From: a virus
DNA length: 64,000 nt
IMG/VR virus record: IMGVR_UViG_3300020109_000011
Location: 1-64,000 of that record
Direction: 5' to 3' (one strand)
Shown here one piece after another: positions 44,471-53,353 of this stretch (within the stretch, counting starts at the first letter, position 1; every line of letters begins with the position of its first letter). The notes below the pieces were generated by a model that saw nothing but the letters and a program-made list of their open reading frames with translations, ran no database searches and was not told the DNA's origin. The position numbers and the translations under genes are program-made.

Positions 44471-46068
44471 CACTTCTCCAGGTCGTCGGCGAGGCGGTCC
44501 AGCATGTTGGCCACGGCGTCCCGGGTGAACAGCATGACGCTGTCGGCCCGGAAGGCCTTGGCCGAGCGGCGGATCTCGACGGCCGCGCGCGCCCGGCCGA
44601 CGGTGTCCACCGTGATGTGGCGGATGTCGGAGATCTCGGCCTCCCCGAGGAAGACCCGCACCGGGCCGGTTGACACCAGGCCGCCGTCCTCCGGCACCGG
44701 GGTCTCCTCCAGGATGTGCACGAGCTCCTGGTAGACCGAGCTCTCTTCCCAGCCCGAGTCCCGCAGGCGGGTGACCAGGTCGCGCAGCTTGGTCCGGCCC
44801 TCCCGGAGCGTCCGGGTGCGGTCGGCGAGCACCTGCTGGAGGCGCTGGCACTGCTCGCGCTCGCGGTCCCGCTGGCGGCGCAGCACCTCCTCGCTGGCCT
44901 CGGCCTGGGTGTTCAGCCGGGCCAGCTGGGCGTTCTTCTCGTGGATCATGCGGGCCTGCTCGGAGTTGGCCGACTGGAAGGTGTCCCGCTGCTCCCGGAG
45001 CTCCCCGGCCTCGGTCAACTTCGCCATCAGCGCCTGCTGGGCACGATCACGCTCGTCCCGAGCATCGGCCAGGTCGGAGCGCAGCTGGTTGTTGATCTCC
45101 TCCAGGTCGTGCACCAGCGACTCGGCCTCCCCGACCGCCTGGGCCTGCTCCTGCATCGCGCGCTGGGCCTCGCGGGCCTGCGTCACGAGCTCGCGCACCT
45201 TGTCCTCGGACGCGCGCCCGGCCGCCAGGGCCGCGTCGCGCTCCTCCACGGCCTCCTGGTTGAGCAGGTCCAGGTAGCCCGGGATGGCCGCCAGACCGCC
45301 GCGCCGCAGCCACTCCAGCAGCCGCTCGGCGGGGGCCTGGTAGGGCGCGCGCAGCGCGTACCGACCGGCCCGGCCCAAGCCGTCGTCGGCCGCCCAGTCG
45401 CGGTCGAAGTCCACCCCGGCCATCGCCGCGATGATCCGGTCCACCAGGATCCGGCGCTGGCCGTCGGCCTGGACCTCCTCCTCGGCCGCGTCCTCGGGGT
45501 CAGTGCTCGGGGCGGCGCTGTGCAGCGCGATGTGCTGGGCGTAGACCTCGCGCACGTCGATGTCGCTGGTGGCCAGCCCGTGGGCCTCGTTCAGGTGGTA
45601 GGCCAGCGTCCGGCGGTCGGCGTTGCTGTGCCAGTCGGCGACGCTGCCGTGGTTGTGGCGGACGGTCCGGGCCTGGGGCTCGGCCTCCTCCTGGGCCAGC
45701 TGTCGGGCGGCGGCGTCCCCGTGCGCGTGGGCGCGAGCGTGCAGGCCGTGCCAGCTGGAGGTCGTTCCGGTGTCGATCCCGTGGTCCTGACGCAGGTGCC
45801 CGGCGAGGACCGCGTCCGGCGTCGTGTCGTGCCAGCGGGCCAGGTCGCCGTGGCTGTGGTCGGGCAGGTCGGGCACGGAGGTCTCCTCGATCTCGGGAGC
45901 CTGGTGGCTCTCCAGGTGAGCCTGGTGAAGGCGGCCGAGGTCCCAGGACATCGGGATGGTCATCTCGTGGACATCGCGCAGGTGCCGCCGCATCCGGTCG
46001 GCGCCCCAGCGGTAGAGGTGGTCCCCGCCGCTGGCGCTCTCGCTCTCATCGTGGACGTGCTGGCGCAT
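44470..46068 (-). CDS. His-rich repeat plus long coiled-coil protein
   Basis: Three HLxxxH..H..H repeats, then a long heptad-rich region. Confidence 0.8.
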   Translation of the reverse strand: MRQHVHDESESASGGDHLYRWGADRMRRHLRDVHEMTIPMSWDLGRLHQAHLESHQAPEIEETSVPDLPDHSHGDLARWHDTTPDAVLAGHLRQDHGIDTGTTSSWHGLHARAHAHGDAAARQLAQEEAEPQARTVRHNHGSVADWHSNADRRTLAYHLNEAHGLATSDIDVREVYAQHIALHSAAPSTDPEDAAEEEVQADGQRRILVDRIIAAMAGVDFDRDWAADDGLGRAGRYALRAPYQAPAERLLEWLRRGGLAAIPGYLDLLNQEAVEERDAALAAGRASEDKVRELVTQAREAQRAMQEQAQAVGEAESLVHDLEEINNQLRSDLADARDERDRAQQALMAKLTEAGELREQRDTFQSANSEQARMIHEKNAQLARLNTQAEASEEVLRRQRDREREQCQRLQQVLADRTRTLREGRTKLRDLVTRLRDSGWEESSVYQELVHILEETPVPEDGGLVSTGPVRVFLGEAEISDIRHITVDTVGRARAAVEIRRSAKAFRADSVMLFTRDAVANMLDRLADDLEK

Positions 46069-46361
46069 CAGGCGCTCACCCGGGTGTCAACCGCGAGGTC
46101 CAGCGCTGCCCCGTGGGCCGCCATGACCTTGGCCAGCCAGCCGCGCCGGTCGCAGGGGTCCTCGGGCAGCCGGAGCTCGGCGATCCAGGGGTGCTGGCGG
46201 ACGATCTCGGCGCGCAGCTGGGACTGGACCACGGGCAGATTCTCGGGGGTCGCCGGGGACCCCAGGAGGTCGTGCATCAGCTGGAAGGCGCTGGTCAGCC
46301 CGGACAGCGGGATCCCGGTGGCCACGGTGAGCACCGTGGGCGTGTAGTAGGTCTGCGTCAT
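46068..46361 (-). CDS. Hypothetical protein (MTQTYYTP...)
   Basis: Family promoter at 46369-46388; VLTVATG..QHPW motif. Confidence 0.75.
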   Translation of the reverse strand: MTQTYYTPTVLTVATGIPLSGLTSAFQLMHDLLGSPATPENLPVVQSQLRAEIVRQHPWIAELRLPEDPCDRRGWLAKVMAAHGAALDLAVDTRVSA

Positions 46362-46387
46362 GGCGCCGAGTATGGCACCTTTGTCAA

Positions 46388-46558
46388 CTAGACACCGGGA
46401 GGCCTGCCCTGTGGCCAGGGGCGCGCCGGGGCGCCCTGGAGGTCGCAGTCCGGGCAGACCCAGACGGCCGCAGTGCCGGGCAGGCTCAGGCCGCCCAGGC
46501 CGCCCTTCGGGACCCTGACCTTCGTCCGGTTGCAGCAGGTGCAGTCCGCGAGAGCCAC
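46388..46558 (-). CDS. Small Zn-ribbon protein, 56 aa, not in the ORF track
   Basis: Manual translation VALADCTCC...WVCPDCD. Confidence 0.5.
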   Translation of the reverse strand: MALADCTCCNRTKVRVPKGGLGGLSLPGTAAVWVCPDCDLQGAPARPWPQGRPPGV

Positions 46559-46562
46559 ATGA

Positions 46563-47567
46563 TCAGGATTGCAGCAGGGCCCGCTTGTGCTCGGCCGAGG
46601 TGGCCGGACGCAGCCAGCCGCCGGACTCGCAGCCCACCGGGTCGGCGGTGTGCCGCTCCCAGTGCACCTCGCAGCACGAGCACCACCAGCCGTAGAGCGC
46701 CCGGTGCGCGGCGGACTCCGGGCCCACCGTGATGACCCAGCCGCCCTTCAGCGCGAACTCCCAGACCGCGCCGTCCGGCCCGACGTGCTGGGTCCCGTCG
46801 GCTGGCCAGTGGCTGGTTGACACCGGCTTCGGCATGACCACGACCGGCTGGGCCTTCCCGAGCACGTCGAAGACCAGGGGCTTGTAAGAGGCCGAGACGT
46901 GCGGGAACAGGTCCCCGTCCCCCTCCAGGTGCTCGGGCTCGGGCTCGAAGCCGGTCACGGTCCCCAGCGGGGCCCAGTAGCCGGAGTCCTCCAGGTGGTC
47001 CAGCGGCGCGATGAAGCCCCCGCTGGCCACGATGGGCGCCTTCTTCGGCGAGGTGGTCACGGAGACCTCCGTCGGGCTCAGGTGCTGGATGGTGCCGTCG
47101 CTCATCTTCGCCACGAAGGTGGTCCCGTAGACCGCCAGATCGACCCCCACGGCCTCGATCACGGGCTGGTCCACCACCGGGTCGGCCACGAGCGACAGCG
47201 GGATGTCGAAGGCCTTGGCCACCTGCTCGGCGGTGATCTGCTGGCCGTGCTTGTGCTGGACCAGCAGCTTCCCGGGCTGGTTGGCCAGGTACTTGGCCTG
47301 CGCCTGGGCCACGGCCGCCGAGAAGCAGGCGTCGCCGGACCCGGGGTCCACCTTGCCGACGGGCTTCTGCCATTCGTGGTGCCAGGCGGGCTGGAGCGTG
47401 AAGTCGGCCTGCTCCAGGGCCTTCTTGAAGCCCTCGAAGGCTGGGGTGACCGCTTCGGCGAAGCCCCGGGCGATCTGGTCCACCGTCTTGCCGATGACCG
47501 TGAACACCTCGGTGATCTGGGCCGTGTCGGCCTTCACGTAGGCCTGGAGCTCGGCGTTCTCAGGCAT
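46563..47567 (-). CDS. Hypothetical protein
   Basis: 334 aa with good codon bias; WWCSCC..H near the C-term. Confidence 0.7.
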   Translation of the reverse strand: MPENAELQAYVKADTAQITEVFTVIGKTVDQIARGFAEAVTPAFEGFKKALEQADFTLQPAWHHEWQKPVGKVDPGSGDACFSAAVAQAQAKYLANQPGKLLVQHKHGQQITAEQVAKAFDIPLSLVADPVVDQPVIEAVGVDLAVYGTTFVAKMSDGTIQHLSPTEVSVTTSPKKAPIVASGGFIAPLDHLEDSGYWAPLGTVTGFEPEPEHLEGDGDLFPHVSASYKPLVFDVLGKAQPVVVMPKPVSTSHWPADGTQHVGPDGAVWEFALKGGWVITVGPESAAHRALYGWWCSCCEVHWERHTADPVGCESGGWLRPATSAEHKRALLQS

Positions 47568-47739
47568 CGGGGCACATCCTCGGCGGCTCGGCGGGCATCA
47601 GGGTCTGGAAGTCCTGGCAGACCGTGCAGCTGGTCAGCCGGTAGCTGGAGCTCTCGCCGCAGCTGCCGCAGGCCCGGGTCACGATCACCCCGGGGTCCAG
47701 CCGGTGCATCCGGCAGCGCGTGTCAACCGCGTCGGGCAT
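47560..47739 (-). CDS. Small Zn-finger protein
   Basis: CGSC, CTVC. Confidence 0.55.
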   Translation of the reverse strand: MPDAVDTRCRMHRLDPGVIVTRACGSCGESSSYRLTSCTVCQDFQTLMPAEPPRMCPDA

Positions 47740-47959
47740 CGGCCGCCTCCCGCTCGTCCTGGTGGGCACGGTAGGCCTCCTGGTAGTCGCGCTCGAAGTC
47801 GTCGCGGGGCTCGGCGCCTGCGCGCAGCGCAGCACGGCGCTCGGGCAGCAGCCAGCGGGCCTGGGCGTGCACGCACGCGCACCAGGCGCGCGAGAAGCAA
47901 TCGGCGTGCGCCCCGGCGGTGCAGAAGTCGCAGATCCAGGGGTCAGTCAGTCTGGGCAC
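47723..47959 (-). CDS. Small Cys-rich protein
   Basis: CDFC..HADC..CAC. Confidence 0.55.
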   Translation of the reverse strand: MPRLTDPWICDFCTAGAHADCFSRAWCACVHAQARWLLPERRAALRAGAEPRDDFERDYQEAYRAHQDEREAADARRG

Positions 47960-48203
47960 GCACGTAGTCCAGGTAGTCCTCGCGGTGCTCGGGCTCGATG
48001 ACCAGCCAGACCGCGATGCAGGGCGCCGTGGGGTGGCCGTAGCCCTCGCAGAGCATCGGGGCCCCGCCGTCCAGCGTGCCGCGCCGGGTGTCGGCCTGGC
48101 ACTCCGGGACGCAGCAGGGGTCCCCGGGAGCGGGCGGGCGGCGCGGCTCGGGCGCGGGACCCTCGGCGAGGATCTGCGAGATGCGCTCGGTGGGGCCGAT
48201 CAT
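47943..48203 (-). CDS. Hypothetical protein (MIGPTER...)
   Basis: ATG 6 nt after CATACT (promoter 48210-48232). Confidence 0.6.
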   Translation of the reverse strand: MIGPTERISQILAEGPAPEPRRPPAPGDPCCVPECQADTRRGTLDGGAPMLCEGYGHPTAPCIAVWLVIEPEHREDYLDYVRAQTD

Positions 48204-48244
48204 GCAGCGAGTATGCATGGTCGGACTCAACAGAGCGAGCAGGT

Positions 48245-48514
48245 TCAGGCGGCGAGGTCCGCGAGCTCGCGCTGGGCGCGCTTGTGGCGGCGCCAGGCCC
48301 GTCGGCGCGCGGCGCCGGTCAGCAGGTGTTCGGAGGTCCAGCCGCACTCACAGAGCGCGTGGCCGTGGCCGCCGACGCCCTGGTCCCGGACGGTACCGAA
48401 CTTGTCCACCCGGCGGACGCCCGCGTGCAGGTCGCAGGGCCACTTCTGGCACGTCTGGCCGGTGTGGGGCGCGCCTCGGCCCTGGAGCCGGTGGCCGGGG
48501 ACGCGCAGGCGCAT
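48245..48514 (-). CDS. Cys/His-containing hypothetical protein
   Basis: CQKWPC, ALCECGW..H. Confidence 0.6.
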   Translation of the reverse strand: MRLRVPGHRLQGRGAPHTGQTCQKWPCDLHAGVRRVDKFGTVRDQGVGGHGHALCECGWTSEHLLTGAARRRAWRRHKRAQRELADLAA

Positions 48515-48636
48515 CAGAGCAGCGGCTGACCGCTGGTGGGCTCCTGGGAGCGCGTGAAGACGACGGTGATCCCGCCGAGCAGACCGAGCATCAGGAGCAG
48601 CATGGCGACAGTCCTACCCCACTGGCGCGGTTCCAT
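48514..48636 (-). CDS. Small single-TM protein
   Basis: Hydrophobic stretch; SD GAGGAG. Confidence 0.45.
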   Translation of the reverse strand: MEPRQWGRTVAMLLLMLGLLGGITVVFTRSQEPTSGQPLL

Positions 48637-48869
48637 GCTCCTCGGGCTGGGCACTACGCGGGGCTGGGATGACGGTCTGATCGGCGGCGAGGGACCGGGC
48701 ATCGTCCGGAGTCCGGGGCACCTGACGCACGGCTGACCTGGACAGAAGCCCGAAGACGGCCATGAACAGCAGGCCCTGGACGGACTCCCAGAGGCTGATC
48801 ACCCTCGGATTGTAGGCGCTGACAGGCTGTAGTACCCCTACCTCTGGGCGCGTCAAACCCCACAACGCA

Positions 48870-48906
48870 CCGAGCCCCCGACCCTGGGCGGGGGTCGGGG
48901 GCTCGG
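48870..48906. terminator. Hairpin downstream of gene 48940-49200
   Basis: ccgagcccccgaccc / gggtcgggggctcgg. Confidence 0.65.
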
Positions 48907-48939
48907 CGGAAGGGCAGGGGGGACGCTGCCGGGGTCAGC

Positions 48940-49200
48940 CTATCGGGTGGTCGTGATCTGGAAGGCCTTGCGGTGCTTCTGGTAGCCCTCCATGCGGGCC
49001 TTGCGGGCGGCGGCCTTGGTCCGGAAGGTCCGCACCGGCTCGTTCACGCGCGGGTGGCCGACGTGGTAGCGGACCTTGCTGCGGCGCCAGGCGGCCATCG
49101 CGCCGAGGACTCCCAGCGCGGGCAGGCCGTAGGTGAGGGCGATGACCCCGAGGCCCTGGAGGACGATCAGGATGTTGTCGAGGGTGATGGTCTGCGTCAT
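48940..49200 (-). CDS. Membrane protein (MTQTITLD...)
   Basis: Family promoter; hydrophobic N-half, basic C-half. Confidence 0.75.
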   Translation of the reverse strand: MTQTITLDNILIVLQGLGVIALTYGLPALGVLGAMAAWRRSKVRYHVGHPRVNEPVRTFRTKAAARKARMEGYQKHRKAFQITTTR

Positions 49201-49206
49201 GGGAGA

Positions 49207-49238
49207 AGTATGCAGGGCAGTGTCAACATTGTCAACAC
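49207..49238 (-). promoter_or_regulatory. Leaderless promoter TTGACA-ATG-TTGACA-N8-CATACT-N6-ATG
   Basis: Near-identical to 43011-43043. Confidence 0.8.
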
Positions 49239-49316
49239 GCGACACGCAGGCAACTTCTGACCCAGTGCGGGGCGCCGGAGAGCCACGGGGGGGAGCTCTC
49301 CGACGCGCGGGCGAGG

Positions 49317-49523
49317 CTACTCGTCCCGGGGCGGGCCCAGAGCGTGCTGGGCCGTGCAGAGCACCACGACCGCACCGAGGCTGCCGAGCACGAGCATCGC
49401 CCACCAGTAGGGCACCCCGAGCACCGGCACCAGCAGCACGAAGCCCGTGAGCATGGCGGGAAGGCCGTGCTCACGGGCGTCGCGGGTCCAGAGGGCTACC
49501 TGCTCCTCGTCCACGGTTGACAC
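49317..49523 (-). CDS. Small two-TM protein
   Basis: Starts on the GTGTCAACC motif; two hydrophobic segments. Confidence 0.6.
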   Translation of the reverse strand: MSTVDEEQVALWTRDAREHGLPAMLTGFVLLVPVLGVPYWWAMLVLGSLGAVVVLCTAQHALGPPRDE

Positions 49524-49524
49524 G

Positions 49525-49821
49525 CTACGGCGCGGGCCGCATCCGGTCGGGCCGCGCGAAGATGCCGGGCAGGAGCTCGAAGCCCGGCCCGATCAGGGCC
49601 TCCAGCTGGGTCCGATGCTGCTCGGCCCAGTGCGCGGCCAGGGCCACCCCGGCGACGTGCGGGCCGTCGATGGTGTCGCTCAGGTGCACCGTGGCGGGCA
49701 TCGTGCCCGTCCAGCCGACCGGCAGGGGCTCCCCGGGCAGGTAGACCGCCCAGGGGGTCCCCGACCAGTCCAACGTCCAGTCGCACAGGACGCACTCGGT
49801 GGGCACCCACTCGCGGGCCAT
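49525..49821 (-). CDS. Hypothetical protein
   Basis: TGATG coupling; CVLCDW. Confidence 0.55.
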   Translation of the reverse strand: MAREWVPTECVLCDWTLDWSGTPWAVYLPGEPLPVGWTGTMPATVHLSDTIDGPHVAGVALAAHWAEQHRTQLEALIGPGFELLPGIFARPDRMRPAP

Positions 49822-50117
49822 CAGTCCGCGAAGGGGTCGTCCAGGCCCGAGGCCTCGCGGTCGGACCCAGCGTTGCGCCAGGGCCACCACTTCGCCCGGG
49901 AGTACCGGGGCGGGTCCGCGATGGAGTAGCCGTTCTGCGAGGACTCCTCCAACTCGGTGGCGTGCTCGATACACAGGCACGTCTCCCAGCCGGTGTCGCC
50001 CCGGGCCAGCAGGAAGCCCACCCGCTCGCAGTCCAGCCAGCAGATGTCGTAGGGCTCGGGGTCCCAGCCCAGCTTCTCCAGGAAGGCCGGGAGCGTCGGC
50101 GTGACGACGGTGACCAT
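49821..50117 (-). CDS. Hypothetical protein (Zn-finger-like)
   Basis: CWLDC..LCIEH. Confidence 0.55.
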   Translation of the reverse strand: MVTVVTPTLPAFLEKLGWDPEPYDICWLDCERVGFLLARGDTGWETCLCIEHATELEESSQNGYSIADPPRYSRAKWWPWRNAGSDREASGLDDPFAD

Positions 50118-50320
50118 CAGAGCACCGCCAGGGGGCCGCGCGAGTCCCACATGGCCTCCCAGCGGCCGAACGCGGGGCCGTCGGGCTGGCGGGCCCAGCC
50201 CGCCTCCGTGCGGACGTGCTGGGCGCCGAGGCGGTCGGTCACCCTGGTGCCCACCGGGGGCTCCTCGGGCGCTGGAGTCGGCTCGACGTGGACGGTGCAG
50301 TCGGGGCGGCAGGCCATCAC
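50117..50320 (-). CDS. Hypothetical protein
   Basis: EPPVGTRVTD..GW..W motif; coupled. Confidence 0.55.
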   Translation of the reverse strand: MMACRPDCTVHVEPTPAPEEPPVGTRVTDRLGAQHVRTEAGWARQPDGPAFGRWEAMWDSRGPLAVL

Positions 50321-50514
50321 GCGCTCACCAGCGTGGCGATCAGGCCGTCCACCAGGTCACGGCCGTGCTGGCGGCAGAGCCGGTCGGCCTTGGCCGGGAC
50401 CGGATCGTCCAGGTCGTAGTAGAGCGTCGTGCGGATCCCGCGCGTCCGGGTCCGGGCGCTGGCCACGGCCATAACGGCCTCGGCCGTGCAGACCTCGTTG
50501 GAGCAGGTGGTCAT
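50317..50514 (-). CDS. Small Zn-finger-like protein
   Basis: CSNEVC..LCRQH; SD GAGGAGG. Confidence 0.6.
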   Translation of the reverse strand: MTTCSNEVCTAEAVMAVASARTRTRGIRTTLYYDLDDPVPAKADRLCRQHGRDLVDGLIATLVSA

Positions 50515-50543
50515 GGGGGCCTCCTCAGGCAGCGGTTGACACA

Positions 50544-50825
50544 TCAGACGGGGAGGTCGGTGGGGATCTCGGTGGGCTCGATGCCGAGGACGCGGGTCAC
50601 GCGCACCTGCACCGAACCCGTGCCACCCTCGGCCTTGCGCTTCTTCTCGTCGCGGCGGAACTCGGCGGCCACCGACCGGGCACGCGCCCGGCCGATGAAC
50701 GCCTCGACCTTGGTCCCCTCGGGGTCGTGCACGGGGCCCTCGCCCCAGGCGTGCACGACCCCGTTGTCGGCGATGGTCACCACCACGTACAGGCCGTTGA
50801 GCTCGGCCTTCTCGCTGCCGGGCAT
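50544..50825 (-). CDS. Hypothetical protein (MPGSEK...)
   Basis: TGATG coupling. Confidence 0.6.
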   Translation of the reverse strand: MPGSEKAELNGLYVVVTIADNGVVHAWGEGPVHDPEGTKVEAFIGRARARSVAAEFRRDEKKRKAEGGTGSVQVRVTRVLGIEPTEIPTDLPV

Positions 50826-51745
50826 CAGGCCAGCCCGTTCCGGCGCCGCTCGGCCGTCTGCTTGTCCAGGTAGGCCTGCCGGTTGCGGGCCTCGCTGCCG
50901 TGCTTGCCGTCGCGGCGCTCCTGCTCGTAGCGCGCCTGGTCGGACGCGGCGCGCTCCTGGTTGTGCCGGTTCTTCCGGCCCTTGCGGGCCTTCCGGCGCT
51001 CGCGGCGGCTGCCCGGCCGGTTCATCGGCGCCGGGGAGACCACCAGGGCCCGCTGGGCGGCCTCGAACTCCTCCTCCATCTCCCGGCGGCGCAGGTCGGC
51101 CTCCTCGGCGTCCAGGTACTCGTCGCGCTCGTCGTCGGTCAGGGCGCTCCACCAGGCCTCGAACTCCTCGTCCGTGGCCCACGGGTCGGCGGCCTCGGGA
51201 CGGGTGGTGGGCGAGACCGGGTCCGGGTGGCTGACCCCGCTGCCGCTGCCCCAGGCGTTGGCGTCCCAGTCGAACTCCGACGCCCGGCGGCTGCCCCCGG
51301 TGCCGAAGCCGATGGCCTGCTGGCCGGGACCCGGCTGGCGGCTGCCGCCGAGCACGCCGCCGCTGGCGTAGGTCTTCTTGACCGGCTCGGGGCGCGGGGT
51401 CTTCGAGTAGGGCGCGTAGGGCTGCATCTTGGCCAGCGAGCCCCACAGGGCGTAGTAGGCGTCCCGGCGGCTGCCGTGCTTGGGGACGGCGGACCGGCGG
51501 ATGGCCTCGTCCTTGAAGTGGCTGGTGATCGTGGCGGCCATGATCAGCTTGGTCATCTGCTCGGCGAACTCGGCCTTGGAGACCTTCGCCCGGAACAGGT
51601 AGTCCGCGCCCGGCTTCTCGTAGACGGCGACGCCGGGGAAGTTGCGCTCCAGGTCTTCGCGCAGGCGTGCCCGCAGGTGCAGGACGTTGGAGTCCTTGCG
51701 GTCCACGACGAAGGAGATGAAGCCGTGCTCGGTGATGATCCACAT
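50825..51745 (-). CDS. Conserved phage hypothetical protein
   Basis: MWIITEHGFISFV..LRAR..ADYLFRA..FK domain; promoter at 51794-51825. Confidence 0.75.
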   Translation of the reverse strand: MWIITEHGFISFVVDRKDSNVLHLRARLREDLERNFPGVAVYEKPGADYLFRAKVSKAEFAEQMTKLIMAATITSHFKDEAIRRSAVPKHGSRRDAYYALWGSLAKMQPYAPYSKTPRPEPVKKTYASGGVLGGSRQPGPGQQAIGFGTGGSRRASEFDWDANAWGSGSGVSHPDPVSPTTRPEAADPWATDEEFEAWWSALTDDERDEYLDAEEADLRRREMEEEFEAAQRALVVSPAPMNRPGSRRERRKARKGRKNRHNQERAASDQARYEQERRDGKHGSEARNRQAYLDKQTAERRRNGLA

Positions 51746-51793
51746 GGTGGCGGGGGTGTCCGATCTGTCGGGGTGCGGTGGTCGCGTGAATGA

Positions 51794-51825
51794 AGAATAG
51801 CTGGCTTTGTCAACAACGTCAACAC
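51794..51825 (-). promoter_or_regulatory. Promoter TTGACG-TTG-TTGACA-N8-TATTCT
   Basis: Family geometry; adjoins the hairpin at 51821-51852. Confidence 0.7.
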
Positions 51826-51856
51826 GGGGACCCCCGGAGGGGCCCCCGTGTTGCGG

Positions 51857-52489
51857 TCAGCGGGTGGAGCGGTTGCCGGTGCCCAGGAGGTTGACCAGGT
51901 TCTCCTCGGTCTCCTCGGCCAACCCCTGCCAGACGGTGAGCTCGTCCCGGAGCCGAGCGACCTCCTGCCGGGCCAGGTACAGCGCGCGCCGCGCCTCGTC
52001 CTCGGGCAGCGTGGCCTCGTCGTGGGTCAGCTGGTGCCGGGGCAGGTTGCCCGGGCTGAACGCCCCCGCGCAGATCGGGCAGTTGACACGGACGTGGGCC
52101 CGTACCCGGTGCACCGACATCGCCTGGAGCGTCCGGAACGGCTTGCCGCACTCCGTGCAGTCCACCGTCGGCTCGGGCTCGGCTGCCAGCGGCCGGGGCG
52201 GCATCACGGGCCAGGGCAGCCACTCGACCGGCCGGGGCGCCTCAGGCGCCTCCTGGGAGGCTGCGGCGGCCTCCTGCTCGCGCTGCCAGCGGCGGAACTC
52301 CATGCCGAGGTTCGCGGCGCGGAACGCGGCGCCGACCTTCGGGGACACCGAGCAGGTGGTCTGACCGTCGGGGGCCCGCATGATCGCGTGGCCCTTGCGG
52401 GAGACCTTGCCCGTCCAGCCTGCCGCCTCCATCTCGCGGATCAGCTTGGTCGGGATCTCCTCGAAGGTGTTGGACAGCTTCAGCGCCAT
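51857..52489 (-). CDS. HicA-like N-terminus plus tandem C2H2 zinc fingers and coiled coil
   Basis: LIREMEAAGW..RKGHAIMRAPDG; CTECGKPF..LQAMSVHRVRAH; CPIC..LPRHQLTH. Confidence 0.7.
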   Translation of the reverse strand: MALKLSNTFEEIPTKLIREMEAAGWTGKVSRKGHAIMRAPDGQTTCSVSPKVGAAFRAANLGMEFRRWQREQEAAAASQEAPEAPRPVEWLPWPVMPPRPLAAEPEPTVDCTECGKPFRTLQAMSVHRVRAHVRVNCPICAGAFSPGNLPRHQLTHDEATLPEDEARRALYLARQEVARLRDELTVWQGLAEETEENLVNLLGTGNRSTR

Positions 52490-52812
52490 CAGGCTGCCAC
52501 CGCCGCGACCTCGCGCCGGATCTGCTCGGCGGCCTGGTCCTTGACCTCGGCCTCGACCCGGTCCAGCCAGCCGTAGCCGCCCTCGAACTCGTGGGCCTCG
52601 GCGGCGTTGCGGGCCTTCTGGGCCTGGGCGGCCAGGTCGGCGGCTGCGGCCTCGGTGATGCCCTGGGCCCGCACGACCTTGGCGGCTGTGCTCCAGGCGA
52701 AGTAGCGGGTGGTGGCGGCGCGGTCGCTGCCATCGTTGCCGTAGTCGGCCCAGCGGGCCGACTCCATGAACCGGGTGGCTACCTGCTCTGCGGTGGTGCT
52801 GGTCTGCGTCAT
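52489..52812 (-). CDS. Hypothetical protein (MTQTSTT...)
   Basis: Family promoter 52819-52848 (TTGACA-GTG-TTGACA-N8-GATACT-N6-ATG). Confidence 0.75.
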   Translation of the reverse strand: MTQTSTTAEQVATRFMESARWADYGNDGSDRAATTRYFAWSTAAKVVRAQGITEAAAADLAAQAQKARNAAEAHEFEGGYGWLDRVEAEVKDQAAEQIRREVAAVAA

Positions 52813-52843
52813 GGGACCAGTATCGCAGACCTTGTCAACACTG

Positions 52844-53350
52844 TCAACTAATGGCTGGCTCGGGTTCCTCGTCCGGATCGCGCGGTGAGCCGTTGACCTG
52901 CGGCATTGCCTGGGTGTCGGTGCGCGGTGCGCGCCACGGGATGCGCAGCGGCGGGGGTGTCGGGATGTCCCCCGGACGCACGCCGCGCTGGATCAGGGTC
53001 TGGACGACATCGTGGTCCCAGCCCATGTGCTCGCGGATCACGCGCTGGAGGGCGTCCCGGTCGTCCAGGGTCTCGTCCAGCTGGCGCCGCAGGCTCTCGA
53101 TCTCCTGGTCGGCGAAGGCCCGGCCCTCGGTGGCCTGGGCGATCATCTGCTCGCGGCGCTTCCGCCGCTCCTCGACCTCGCGGTTGACACGCCGCTCGCC
53201 GAGGGACTGGAACCACCGCGCCACCTTGCCGAAGGGGCCCTTCAGGTTCGTGGCCGCGTTCGTGCCCACGGTCAGGATCACGACGACGACCAGGAACCAC
53301 TGGACGACGACGTTGTCCTTGACCAGGTCTAGCAGCGCGGTGGGGTCCAT
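52844..53350 (-). CDS. Single-TM plus coiled-coil protein (lysis-cassette accessory-like)
   Basis: N-term TM, heptads, PTPPP end; follows holin-like genes. Confidence 0.7.
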   Translation of the reverse strand: MDPTALLDLVKDNVVVQWFLVVVVILTVGTNAATNLKGPFGKVARWFQSLGERRVNREVEERRKRREQMIAQATEGRAFADQEIESLRRQLDETLDDRDALQRVIREHMGWDHDVVQTLIQRGVRPGDIPTPPPLRIPWRAPRTDTQAMPQVNGSPRDPDEEPEPAIS

Positions 53351-53353
53351 GCG

